A DNA stretch of 64,000 nucleotides from Patellaria atrata CBS 101060. Taxonomy: Eukaryota. Location of the stretch: positions 1,515,817-1,579,816 of the forward strand of contig MU006090.1 of the NCBI GenBank assembly GCA_010093705.1, in the 5' to 3' direction. The notes under the pieces were generated by a model. That model was given only the letters and a program-made list of their open reading frames with translations, was not told where the DNA came from and made no database searches. Position 1 is the stretch's first letter. Every line of letters begins with the position of its first letter. Shown piece by piece: positions 1-11,725 of the stretch. Position numbers and translations under genes: made by a program.

Positions 1-2799
1 ACCCAAAAATGCAGTGTATAGGATACCCGGCCCGCGAAGCAACCGCTAGCCCCTGTCACTGTCCATTACCTTTTCCGACTCGTACATAGCATAAGTTTGG
101 TGTTCTAATTGCCTCAGGCTCTTTGCAGATAAAGGCTTTCCACGAGTCCTACTAAGGTTCAATAGATCTGTGGCTTGTTCCAGAAGACTCAAGATTACGG
201 GACTAAGTCTTCTTGGTTATCAACAGGTTCTTCCTCAGACCCATCCCATCGTATCCCAATAATCGCTGATCCGGGCTATAGTACAAGTACCGTAGTCTTT
301 ACTCGTAGGAATTGGATAATGCTGTTGGCGTAGTGTGGCACAGGAAGCGCTGCTGTCACCGGCTAAAGGCAGTGGCATAAACATCACACAGCGCAAAAAG
401 TCAAACTGACAGCAGCGGAACCCGTTGCCTGCTGGTACTGTATGACATGTAGTGATGAAACGACCGCACAACCTGGCCCGTGGTACAGGAGCAGCGGAAC
501 GAGCAAGACAGGCGTGTGAATCCCTACAAAGCATATGCTGGTGTTGAGGATCAGTCTAGGGTTAGCTGATACCCAGGATACATTTTGACGAGCTGCGGAA
601 CCCGAAGTTCAGAACGTAGTACTACTAAGGTACTGTGAGCCTACCTTACAGGGCAGAGTCTAGAGCCAGAAAAAGGTAAGTCCCGAGATGTACTATACAC
701 GAGTCGACAATTTTCTCTGTCTACTTGGAGACAGGAATACAGGACAGGCACTTTGATGATAGTCTGTATAAATGCTCACCTTTCGGGGATCAGGGGCTTC
801 CCGGTCAAAGATGCATGGATGATAACCTTCTCTTCGTTCTAGAAAAGAACTGCACAACGCCAACCGATCGCTCAAATCACGGGCAGATCCTTGCTTGACG
901 CAATTGCTCGCTTCCCCATCTTAGCCTTACTTTAACCCAGAATGACACTAGCAGAAATGCAGAGAAGCGTCAGCTAACTCTCAGCTTCCTGCATCCCCTT
1001 GATCCCACTCGCTTTCTCTCCTCCTCTCAAAAAGATTATCCTCTCATCTGCTCGTGCTTATTAGATTCCTGCGTTACGCAAGGCACATATCCATTTACCA
1101 TTTACCCATTAGACAGTTGCCTAAGGCATGTCGGGTCCTGGCCGCTGGTCGATACCCAATCTATACAAGTACCGTACTTGTATATACAGCGATCAGAGAG
1201 TGCATGGGTTGGCAATCTAGTACTGTATCTTCGCTACCAAGCGAGCGAGATCATCGACAGCATCCTCCGAATTCCAGCTGACGATGCGACTCCTGATGAC
1301 CGTCACACAATGTTTGTCGTCGTCACGTTGTGCGGTTATAGTTGTCTGTCCGAACGGAGACTCCGGGAAATGCGCAGCGGAAACTAAAGACCGATTGTGT
1401 AATTGAGTTCCCCTAAGCTATTCTCCGCCCGTTGGCTCCCTTCAGAACGTTTTTGTGACCGGTTGTAGAAAGAGAGGTTCGATACCAACGGAATCCATCC
1501 GGCACGGCAGGGCCGTATAGAACTAAGGATACACTGGGGGACAAACTGACCCCCTGCAGTCCTCGATCACCAAGCTGGAGATACGAGCCGTAACCCTTGT
1601 TCGATACCGACGGCGGAGCGCCACAGTAATTCAATTGATCCTCTATCCGTTCGGCTCTTCTGATACTTGTCAAAATCGAACTCCAGCTGCGGCCTCAAAC
1701 TTATCGATGCTCAATTACAGCGAGCGCTAAGCTACATGTCCTCCATGGTGTCTCCAACATAGGCTGAACATTCACCAAATGGTGAGAGTATTGTGGCACC
1801 GCGCTGACTCACTCTACTAGGATAGAAATTGGTAACTTTGCTTTCCATGCACAGCAAATGACCCGGTAGTAAGCCTAATGAGCAAACATACATCCGGTGC
1901 GGCGCCCTCTGAAACATAAGAAAGAGATGCTCATGGTCTTGAATATTGCAGAAAGAACACATTTACTGGATTTTTGGGACAATGTCCTCTCTTTAAATCA
2001 TGATTTCCCCTTTTCAGCCCGTCGACGTGGTTCCCTGAGGCTGTGACGAAAGATGTGTAAGCGTAACCATCCTTTGCAGGGGACAGCAATCTCATCGGCG
2101 ATAGTATTCGTTCCCATCATCTCTTCCCCGTTATAGGTTTCCTCGTCAATTCTGTCAAAGTGGTTACGACTTCACCTATACAGCGGTCGGAAAAGTACAG
2201 GTCAACCTAACTGTACTATACGTACAACTTGGCCGTAGTTCTGCCAACAATAGAGGCTGGCCGATAGTGCGGCAATAGCAGTCTCCTCGCAGTTCTTGTG
2301 GAAGCGTACAGAGGCCGAAGATTCCGACCTTGAACGGGAGGTGACGATAGGAATGACGGCCTCACATAAGATCAGATACGAGACTTGAACCGAAGGATAG
2401 CTCATGCAAGGTGGATTGATAAGAACCAACACTTCCTACTTTGACTCCTACGTGTGCGCCTGTCACTCTAGCAGCGATTTGTGGTTCCTTATATCTGCAG
2501 CTATGCAATCATGAAGAACGAAAATGCTGCTGAAGAGAGGCCCAGGAGGTTCAAAAAACCAATACTATTCAATTCAGTATAGGTGTACTTACTCCCATAT
2601 CGCAATGCCTGTTCCGAATCTGAGCCCATGAAGCTTTACCTCCGAATCCGCCTACTATGGTCTGGTCCTCACACCTATCGACTCTGTGGACTAATGTTCA
2701 TTGTCGACTTAAGTCCCATAGTTTGTATCCAGACACCCCCCCCCCCTCCCTTCCCCTACATCCAACAAAGCGTCTTTTTATGAATTGGTCTTTTACTAA

Positions 2800-3390
2800 C
2801 GCTTTAATTCCTTCAGATCTCATCACAGATTCACTTTTTCCCCATCCGCACAGAAAGCTTAAAAGTCTTGTGATTAGCAGCCTTTGGACACCATTAGTCT
2901 CGACGTCGCCTTAGTGTAACGTCAACCAGGCACGACAATCCATAAGCGATTGCTGGATTCATATATACATGTCGAATTGAGAATCTAGGAAACAGTCTTC
3001 CATCATTGGAACGAGCCAAATCCCTCCCAGAAATTATCGTCCTTAATTTTCGCTCTTCGCTCTTCGCTCTTCCGGAATACCTATATATTGGCCTCCTTGC
3101 AAATTGAACAAGCGCAGATCGCAAAAAAATACGGGTATATTTTCTCCTGTTCTTCCCACTGAACGAAAGGTCTTCTGCACACATTGAAGGGAAAGAAAGA
3201 TCTTTTCTGGTTGGGAGTTCACGTGGCGTCTAGACGATGAGTCAGCATTGAGTTCAGGAGAAGAAGGAAGTAGAAGTGTTACTATCGTACTATAAGGTGC
3301 CAGATCCGTGAGCAACGTTTCAAGTCATCACTTTTAAGGGTGTAGGTAGGGGTTCGGGCTCAACCTGGAGAGCAGTCCTGGTTGAGCCAT
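2800..3390 (-). pseudogene. Possible highly decayed F-box-type relic
   Basis: ATG at 3390 gives MAQPGLLSRLSP, followed in another frame by SDDLKRCSRIWHLIVR (F-box-like DL..C..W spacing), with stops and shifts. Weak. Confidence 0.25.
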
Positions 3391-5645
3391 AATTCAAAGT
3401 GGCTCATAGCAATTGAGATACTCTATCGCAGGTAGGTTATGGCTCTATATTTTGGTAGGTACGCAAAATACGGTTGTGAAGTTGAATTAAAGTTTTGTTC
3501 ATCATGTTTGAATTGGAGTCGAAGTGGGAAGAGACGTTCAACACTCTCCTTCCTCTGCCTTGATCCTTAGATGGCTCGTACCTTCCAAATATCCAATCCA
3601 AGGTATACACCACCTTAAGGTATTCGCTGCGCTCAACCTAGTCTCAATTGCAGAAACGACTGGAACTGTATCAAGTACTAAATGATATAGACTCCTTATG
3701 TACACAGAATCACTGGACTCTACACAACGAACTGACCGTACAAGATGCCGAGACTGTGCGAGGACGCGAGAGCGTATAAAAAGAAACTTGACGAGAGCTT
3801 GAAAGACAATCCAACTGATAAAATTCAAACGATCATACGACACGATGAGACCGTACAACGCGATGCGATCAAATGAAACACTACACCGGATAAAGCAACT
3901 GTACATGACAGACGCTCTATATGAGACAGCGCAACGGTACAAGGCTGGTGGATTTTACTTCTCTACGCCGCACGAATACCACGGGATGTTGGGAAACTTC
4001 TAACTCCACTGCGCCGCTGACAGTACAGTATCCTCGAACATACAAAATCCCTTCGGCCGTTTAGAAATCCTCTATTGTATCGCAACCGCTTCTTTCCACT
4101 TGGCCTTCCAACTGTACCAACTCCCTCCACTATATCAAACAATTGACACTTAACCAGTCGACTAACTGGTCAGACCAAGCGTACGTATGTCAAGTGTACA
4201 AGAACCGCGCATTTTCAAGCATGACCGACGACAAGATACATCACTACGTGCCCCAAAATTTGGACTCTGCTACGGTTACACACATTACACACCATACTCG
4301 CGTCTACTCATGCAGGCACTCCTTAAAGTTTGTATTTCCGTGCCATTCCCACGAAAAGAGTAAGGTAAAGGTGCCGTAAGAAGTGAACGATATTCGTTGC
4401 TAAACATAGCTTAGGCAAGTGTCCAATGGAGTACAATGGTACATTGGGTATTACAGATTGCCCTTAAATCAAGAAACGCATCCTTAGTCTTTAATAGTGT
4501 CTCTACCTTACTTTGGTCCGGGTTACTATTTAAAATGTATCATAATAGAAAAGGTAAGTGGAGCTAAATCTCGTTTTAATTTGATCCTTTTGAAAGATTA
4601 TCTATAAGGGGTCAACAGTGGGTTGGTGAGCACGATATATGTATCATTTTTTGGATAACTCATGCAAAGGTCGTCTTCGTATGTCTTCGATTAGACAAAA
4701 GCCTCCAGCAATGAAACAATCAAAAACGCATTTCCCTGATATCAAATTGAAATTATTACTACTTCCATGATATTTCCATCGCTTCTACAGTTCAAGAACG
4801 TTTCCCATATCCATCGTCCCTTACAAAACCGCACTCTTATATGAAGAAATCTCCATACCAGACAGACTAATTTGCATTGGTACGGGGAACCACTATCTGT
4901 GACTGGAATTTGATATGTGCCTGGAAGTAAACACATCTATCATCTCTCTCCAATCACTAGCCGACATACTAAAACCCGCTTAGCTTCCAAATCCTATAAA
5001 TGAGAACAGTGATCGCTGCAATTCTTAGCCTCCCGAGCCAGCAGACAGACCCGGTAGCTCACAATCTGTAAATCTCATCGACAATAAGCCGTTCTATTCT
5101 CGTCAACCTCTGTGCAACCCATTCTCTACAATTGATGGTGGTGAGTATGACAGTTTACGGGTGATAAGTAGACTTAGAATTTCACACTGTAGAGCTACGG
5201 TAAGAAAGGAAATGGTCTAGATGACCCGCTCCCTGGTTGAGAGAATTGTGGTAAGTACTCCTGCAAGTCCCACGTTCCTCAAGTGAAATACTTATACATC
5301 ATCAAAGACATGATTGGTTATGGATATGATCTGGATGATAGAAACCTTTCTGCAACTCCAAGTCCTTGTAAGTCTTGCAATTTCTCTGTTCTCAAGCAAG
5401 ACGCTTCTGCTCAACCACGTCACAAACACCCTGGTTCTAATAGTCAAGACGGTGACCATATCCCATATTGTAACTTGTACCATTTAGATGATGTTAAGTT
5501 ATCTAATTATCCCTGATATCAGAAACTTATATAGTTCTTTAGCTATATCTTCGTCATGCAATACCACAGATCTACTACAACCCAGAACCGACAAGACAAT
5601 ATCCCATAACAAAACACTACTCGCCAGAAGTAAAAGGCCCAAAGG

Positions 5646-5667
5646 CCCCCCCCCCCCCCCCCCCCCC
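5646..5667. repeat. Poly-C homopolymer (complementary poly-G at 6303-6319)
   Basis: Directly visible C run and G run. Confidence 0.9.
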
Positions 5668-6569
5668 TTCCTTCCTAAAATCTGAAACCCCCTTTACCCG
5701 ACCCCATACCATGTTCTTCATAGTACCAGAATGCGCGACACAACCATCAAGTCCAAAATACGCACCAGCAACTCCAAACACTGAATATACACTCTTCGGA
5801 GAACACCGCGACCTTCGAGTCCGGGAACCCACACAGAAGGGAATAGGCGCATACCGTGTCCTCACATGATTGGCCGCGTCCCGTACACCAATTCAGTGAA
5901 AGACGTACACGGTACCTTACCTTCCCTCGCATCGTAGCTCGTGCTCTGCCCAATTTCCCACGCAGGACGACTGCTAGGTTCAGGGAATACTGCTTATGCA
6001 ACACGGTGTGGTGAGATCGAAGATGGCTGGGAATGATATCCTACCGTTGCAGTTTTAGGAGATGGGTTGGTCGTCGCGGTGTCGAGAAGTCCAGCGCGTA
6101 TCTTATGCGATCGAGACGTGGAGAAGATACGATGGTGGCATAGTCTTGTTGGCGAGAGTAGTAGCTTGGAATTTTTTTTCTTTGGTAGTAATTAATTGAT
6201 TTTCTGTTGGTCGTCGTTGAAGCCTCGGTCAAGTTGCTAGATATTACAACACCTGTATAATAGCTGTATTTTTGAGATTCTTTATTTTTTTTCTTGGGGT
6301 TAGGGGGGGGGGGGGGGGGTGTAGTATCTGTGGAAGGTACATAGCTAAGGGTAGTATAACTGCATTTTAGTTATCTATAGTAAAGGTTTCTACTATACCG
6401 TCTTGACCTCTAGTTCCCTATATCCTATCTACAACCCCATCCATCTATATTCCTTCGCCCAATCACGGACCATTAAATTTAGCCACGCCATCCGATCAAT
6501 CCCTTAGATATCGACGATCCCAATCCCTCTATCACCATAACCACCAAACAGCCCCTTTCCACCCCTCAC

Positions 6570-8094
6570 TCACATATCCTTCTGCTCCGGGACGACGTTA
6601 TTCAACTTCCCCTTCTCTAGCACCGCCCTCACGTTGCCGATATTCCACATCTCCATCGCCATCTGGGTCTCGACGGTCCAGGTCCCCATGTGCGGCACGA
6701 GCAGCACGTTCGGGTTCGCCACCAAGCCAGGATGCACCTCCGGCTCGTTCTCATACACATCCAAGCCACAGGAAAAGACGTGCCCGGAGTCTAGCGCGGC
6801 GACGAGCGCGGCTTCATCGATCACGGCGCCGCGCGCTGTGTTGACGATCACAACGCCCCTTTTCATCTTCTCGAATTCGTGCGTCGAGATGATGTGCCGT
6901 GTGTTTTTCTAAAATTGAATAATTAGCTAGACCGTAGAGTGCAGTGGGGAAAAGGGGGATGGGAATCGGGGACCTTGAGAGGGGAAAGAGAGGAAGGGGA
7001 CTTACGTTCAAAGGGAGATTTAGACTAATGACGTCGCTCTGTTGCAGTAATTCTTCGAAACTCACATACTCCGCTCCACCGGCAAGTTCCTCGCTTAATT
7101 TACTCCTATTGTGATAGATCGTCTTCATTCCGAACGCGTCCATCTTCTTCTTCAGATTTCTCCCGATACCGCCCATACCCAGTATACCGAGGGTCTTGCC
7201 CTCCGGGTCGTGTCCTAAAGGGGGTGGAGGATGGCCTCGCCATTTGCCCTCCCGGAGCGCGAGCATGGAGGTATTGAAACCCCGGAGAGCACCGAGGATC
7301 AGGAAGACGTTAACGTCGGCTGTGGCGTCATCGACCGCAGTGGGAACGTTGGAAACGAGGATGTTCCGGGAGGTACAGGCGTGGACATCTACTTGGTCAT
7401 ATCCGGCGCCTGGAGAGGGTTTGTGAGTTTAAGAGCTCGATTGAAGGGTTGCTGAAGCATAAATTTGGTAGAGGAAGGAAACATTCAGGGGAAAAGAAAT
7501 AGAGATTGGTTTTTAAAAGGTTGGAGCATAGCTTTATAACGGAGAGAGCGCAAGAAGTCTTTGTATTGGACTAGGAACAGAACAGAAAGTACAAATGATG
7601 TCGATGACTAGCACAACACTACTGGAGGTCCATAGGGAATGAGAATAGTTGCAGCATCCCTCAAGGTACTCGCTAACTCGTACTCACCATTATGACAAAC
7701 AAACTTGACGCTCTCCGGGAGCTCTTTGAGCAATTCCTCATCAAACAGCCCAGATATTGACACGCTCCCAAATGTGCGGTATATGATAGACACCCCATCA
7801 AATGCACCACTCTTGCATTCTTCCAGGAACTCATCCCTGCTGCGTGATTTTGGTTCTACCAGCTCCGCTAGCTCGCCGAGAGAATTCCAGGCGTCATGAG
7901 CACTGCAATTGAGCGCAAAATAAGCAATTGGCTTAAAACAATTCAAAGCAGACTGGTACTTAGAGATTGTCCTAACTCTAAAGTCGGAGTTGCCTTTACA
8001 TTGAAACAAGTAATGTTTTGAAAATGCACGGGGCGAATAATAGGAGGACGTACTGATCTATATCGCCTAGCCTCAATACCTTCGGTTTCGTCAT
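6570..8094 (-). CDS. D-isomer-specific 2-hydroxyacid dehydrogenase (glyoxylate/hydroxypyruvate reductase-like), 4 exons (8094-8054, 7902-7688, 7409-7006, 6908-6570)
   Basis: Spliced translation MTKPKVLRLGDIDHAHDAW...CHNGAGYDQ...GILGMGGIG (Rossmann)...NTARGAVIDE...GLDVYENEP...PHMGT. The GT-AG introns keep the frame. Confidence 0.93.
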
Positions 8095-9309
8095 TTTCCC
8101 GTCGTCTTTTATGATAGCAAAGAAACAAGTCACTCTATGAGAGAAAATGAAAATGGCAGAAATTATCTCCTAAGGTATGTGTAGAGGAGATGGATTTTAT
8201 ATGTCTAGTTGGCATGGAAAAGTTGATAAGTAAGTTCTAGCGGTCTCGGCGAGAGAAGACCCCGGTAGGTATTGCAGCGAAAGTCCAACCCCTCTGCAAT
8301 TGCCCCTTGGCCTACCTAAGGATATTTTCTCGGAACCGCCACTCTGGTCACCTTGCTTAGGATGTGTGGGGGATGTAGAATTGCAGAATTGCTCGCTAAC
8401 GGTGAAACGGGATGCTGGGTTTATCTGTTTGCTAGTGCCATAAAAGCCCTGTTTTGCTGTATTCTGGACCAGTGAAGAAAGACGAGAACAAAACGGCGGG
8501 CAGGCGGGCGATCATTGATGTTCAGCAGTGGTGGGGAAAGATTGCCGCTATATACCAGTCTGAAGCTGTTTGCTATCACTACCCACATCTTTGACTCTTA
8601 TCTTGACTGTTATTCACCGCCAATGGTAGAGCAAAAAAAAGCGTAAGGAAAGAAAGAGATGCGGACGGACTGCAGTGTTCCTGGCTAATGAACACGTCGT
8701 TAGAAATCCCAGGGAGCTTGCTTGCTGCATGATAGAAGTATCACCTAGCCAGGTAGAGCTCAAGCTTGAACAATGATGTGTCCGGTCGGTGTTTGATTAG
8801 ATACCGGCTGACAGCGATGCCCGGTTGGCTATGACTATCTATCTGCCTTTTGAACGTTCAATAGGATACTTTGCCTTCTCCGCAAGACTTCTCCAAACCA
8901 ACATTCGGACATTTGCGGCGTTGAACTAAAGTCGGTAACGAGAATTGCCTGAATGGGAAGCATGATCCTAAAGTGAGTACAAGTCGGACGTGTATATGCA
9001 AGTCTGCAAAGAAGATCATTTAAGGATAAGTAGCTGCCGACTTCCACGACCGAGGAGCATAAATAGAGCCTACTAAGAATATTAATGGAAAACCCCGCGT
9101 TTTGATTTGTGGGATAGTGTACAAACCGTTGTCAATAGGACGGGTCTAATTGGAAGACGGTGCGAAGCCGAAGCGTGCATTCTAGAGTTTATCCAGGTAT
9201 CACGTAAAAGTGCAATGAGGAAATGATCCCCAAATATTGCAAAAGTTCCCACAGGTAATTCTGCACCTCACCCCTGCGCACCTTTTGTTGAGCCACAAGA
9301 AGCATGCAT

Positions 9310-11435
9310 TTATACAGACCCGTTCTGCTCCTGTTGCTGTTCTTGCTTCCATTGTTGAGCCATGCGGAGCAGATTGGCCATCTTTGCTGCGCTTTCGTCG
9401 TCGGCCGGGAACACATAGTCCAGGTATTCCTCGAACGAGTCGTCGTCCAATTTTCTCCGCTTCTTGACTTTGCGAGGCATCTGTTTCTCGACCTTTTCGA
9501 TATCGTCCGGGGTACCATGAGTGGTTTCAAAAGACTTCCAGGCATTGAGAAGAGCAACTCTCTACAAAGTATTTATGAGCAAATAAAAGTATAATGAGAA
9601 TCGGGAAACTTACCTCTTCCTTGAGCTCTTTCTCTTTCATGCTCTTATAACCGCGCTGGAAAATCTTCCTCGCTCGTTCAATCGCTTCTTCACCGATGGG
9701 ACTCTCCTCGTCTTCAGTACCTGGATCTGGTACATTGATCTCAAAATGCGCATAACTAATCCAGACCTTGACATGATCGGTCTTCTGCAATAATCTCTCA
9801 TACAGCTTACGTGCACGTTCATACTGTCCTTCTTCTTCCTCAAAGTCAATATATCCTTTCCACAACAATTCGGGCATATCTAATACCGGCTGAGAGACAG
9901 CTAGCTCGAAGATTGCTCTTGCCCGGGGTATGTCGTCTAAACCGCGCTCAAGCTCAGAAAACTTTAACCAAGCTGCACAGTTGGCTGCATTGAACTCGAG
10001 CCATTTCTCGAATATCTTTCGACATCTCCCGAATTCGAAAAGTCGTAATTCTAGCTGGATGTATTTGTGGAACAAGGAATCCTTCGGGCATTCGCCTATC
10101 GCGCGTCCGAGCGTCTTCCTCGCACTGGTCACATCCCTTTGTCTTATGTCGAAATTGGCCTTAAGTACCCAGATCTTAGAGAATGTGAAGCGCTTATGCG
10201 GAATGAGTCGTATGCACTCCAGATATATTTGCCTTGCTCTTTCACTATCATTATTCTCCAGTTCCTCATACAAAGCATAAAATATCCAAAGGTAGATATA
10301 TCGTCTCCAGTGCCGCTTTTCCTGACTAGGTGGTACTTGAGAAATCGCTTTCTCATAAACATCTCTCACTCGGTCTATATCACCGGATGCTTCCTCTAAA
10401 CGTGCATAATCGATCCACGCATCGTAATTCTTCGGATTCTCCTTGACTAGTTGCTCGTAGTGTACTCTTCGCTTGGAAAGAATAACGTCTTCAACTCCAT
10501 CCTTATCTCCGAACTGTTTCTCAAAGGTAGTGTACGACTTATGAAGTCGAGCAGACTTGCTACGAGGTAGAGCATTTAAAGCGTACTTATAGATTACCCG
10601 TGCTCTTTCCAGTTCTTTGAGTTTGGTCTCAAATCGAGCATATTCGATGAATATTTTTTCGTCCATGAAGTCTTGACCCAGTTCTTCAATAGCGTTGCCG
10701 TATACCTCCCGTACGAGATCGCTTGTACCATTCTCCTCCTCGAATCGCGCCCATTTTATCCAGTTCTTCGGGTCGGGATGAACTAAGGTCAGTTGGCGGA
10801 ATATAGTTCTTGCTCTATCGAACTCATTATAACGTTTTTCCAATCCAATAGCGGCATAGAATGCTGCCTCCTCAGGTTGCCATTGAAGCCATCGATCAAA
10901 GAACTGCCGTGCACCAGGGACATTTCCTAAGGTCTCTTCCATCCATACTGCTTTGTACCATAGTTTAGATACTCGCGGTAGCGTCGTTATAGCCCTGTTG
11001 ATAATGTTTCTCGCGAAGTTTATGTTTTTATGCTTTAGTTCTCCTTCAAAGTACCTAATCCAGAGGCCCACATGAGTGGAGTCAACGTCCAGAGCACGCT
11101 CGAGGACGCTTCTGAAACGGCGGAACTCCTTCTGCTCTAATTCCCAGGTGGCATATCTCAGCCAGTTATTCATATTAATCCTATTTCGTCGGACATAGTC
11201 TTCGAACTCCTTCCGCTTCCTCGCCTGGAATTCATGGAGCTCTTCAACATCTGCGAATCTTTGGGTAGGAGCTTGAAGTCCAGGATCCTGCCGATCAACA
11301 GCTTCACGCAGTAACTGTTCGGCGGATATCTATTCCTTGTTAGTATTGTGTTATATTGTGACGACAAACTATACATACTTGAATCGGGGCAGCAGCCTTG
11401 TTCTTGACACGCGGCGGTCCTCGCGATGTCTCCAT
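9310..11435 (-). CDS. CLF1: Pre-mRNA splicing factor Clf1/Syf3 (crooked neck, HAT repeats), 3 exons (11435-11379, 11329-9614, 9561-9310)
   Basis: N-terminus [32 protein letters not shown] repeats ([33 protein letters not shown]); C-terminus [10 protein letters not shown]...[12 protein letters not shown]. Confidence 0.97.
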
Positions 11436-11725
11436 TTTGACGATTTTTTATTGCAGTCAGAATAAGCAGAGAATTCGCACAAGACTGAGATGTTTCTGTC
11501 GAGATAGGGACTTCTAGGGATCACTGAGACGTACCTTCTATGTTAAAGCTCCAGAGCTGTTGTAGTAAATTTACAGAGTCCGAATATTTACCGAATATCT
11601 ACCAGCCATTTCTCAACCTAGACTGAGCGCGACTTAGAACTACCCATCTGTGACAACTTTTATAATCCTTACACAGACTTCGCCTTCATTTTGCAACCGA
11701 ATACCGTTCCCCCGGATTTCTCGAA

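Noticed and set aside
3357..3388. Small hairpin GGCTCAACC...GGTTGAGCC
   Set aside because: A single 9-bp stem can arise by chance in 64 kb, and there is no supporting context.
3538..3942. 134-aa hydrophobic ORF overlapping a degenerate short-period (ACGAT-like) tract
   Set aside because: It has a non-ATG start and no motif, and is probably a by-product of low-complexity sequence.
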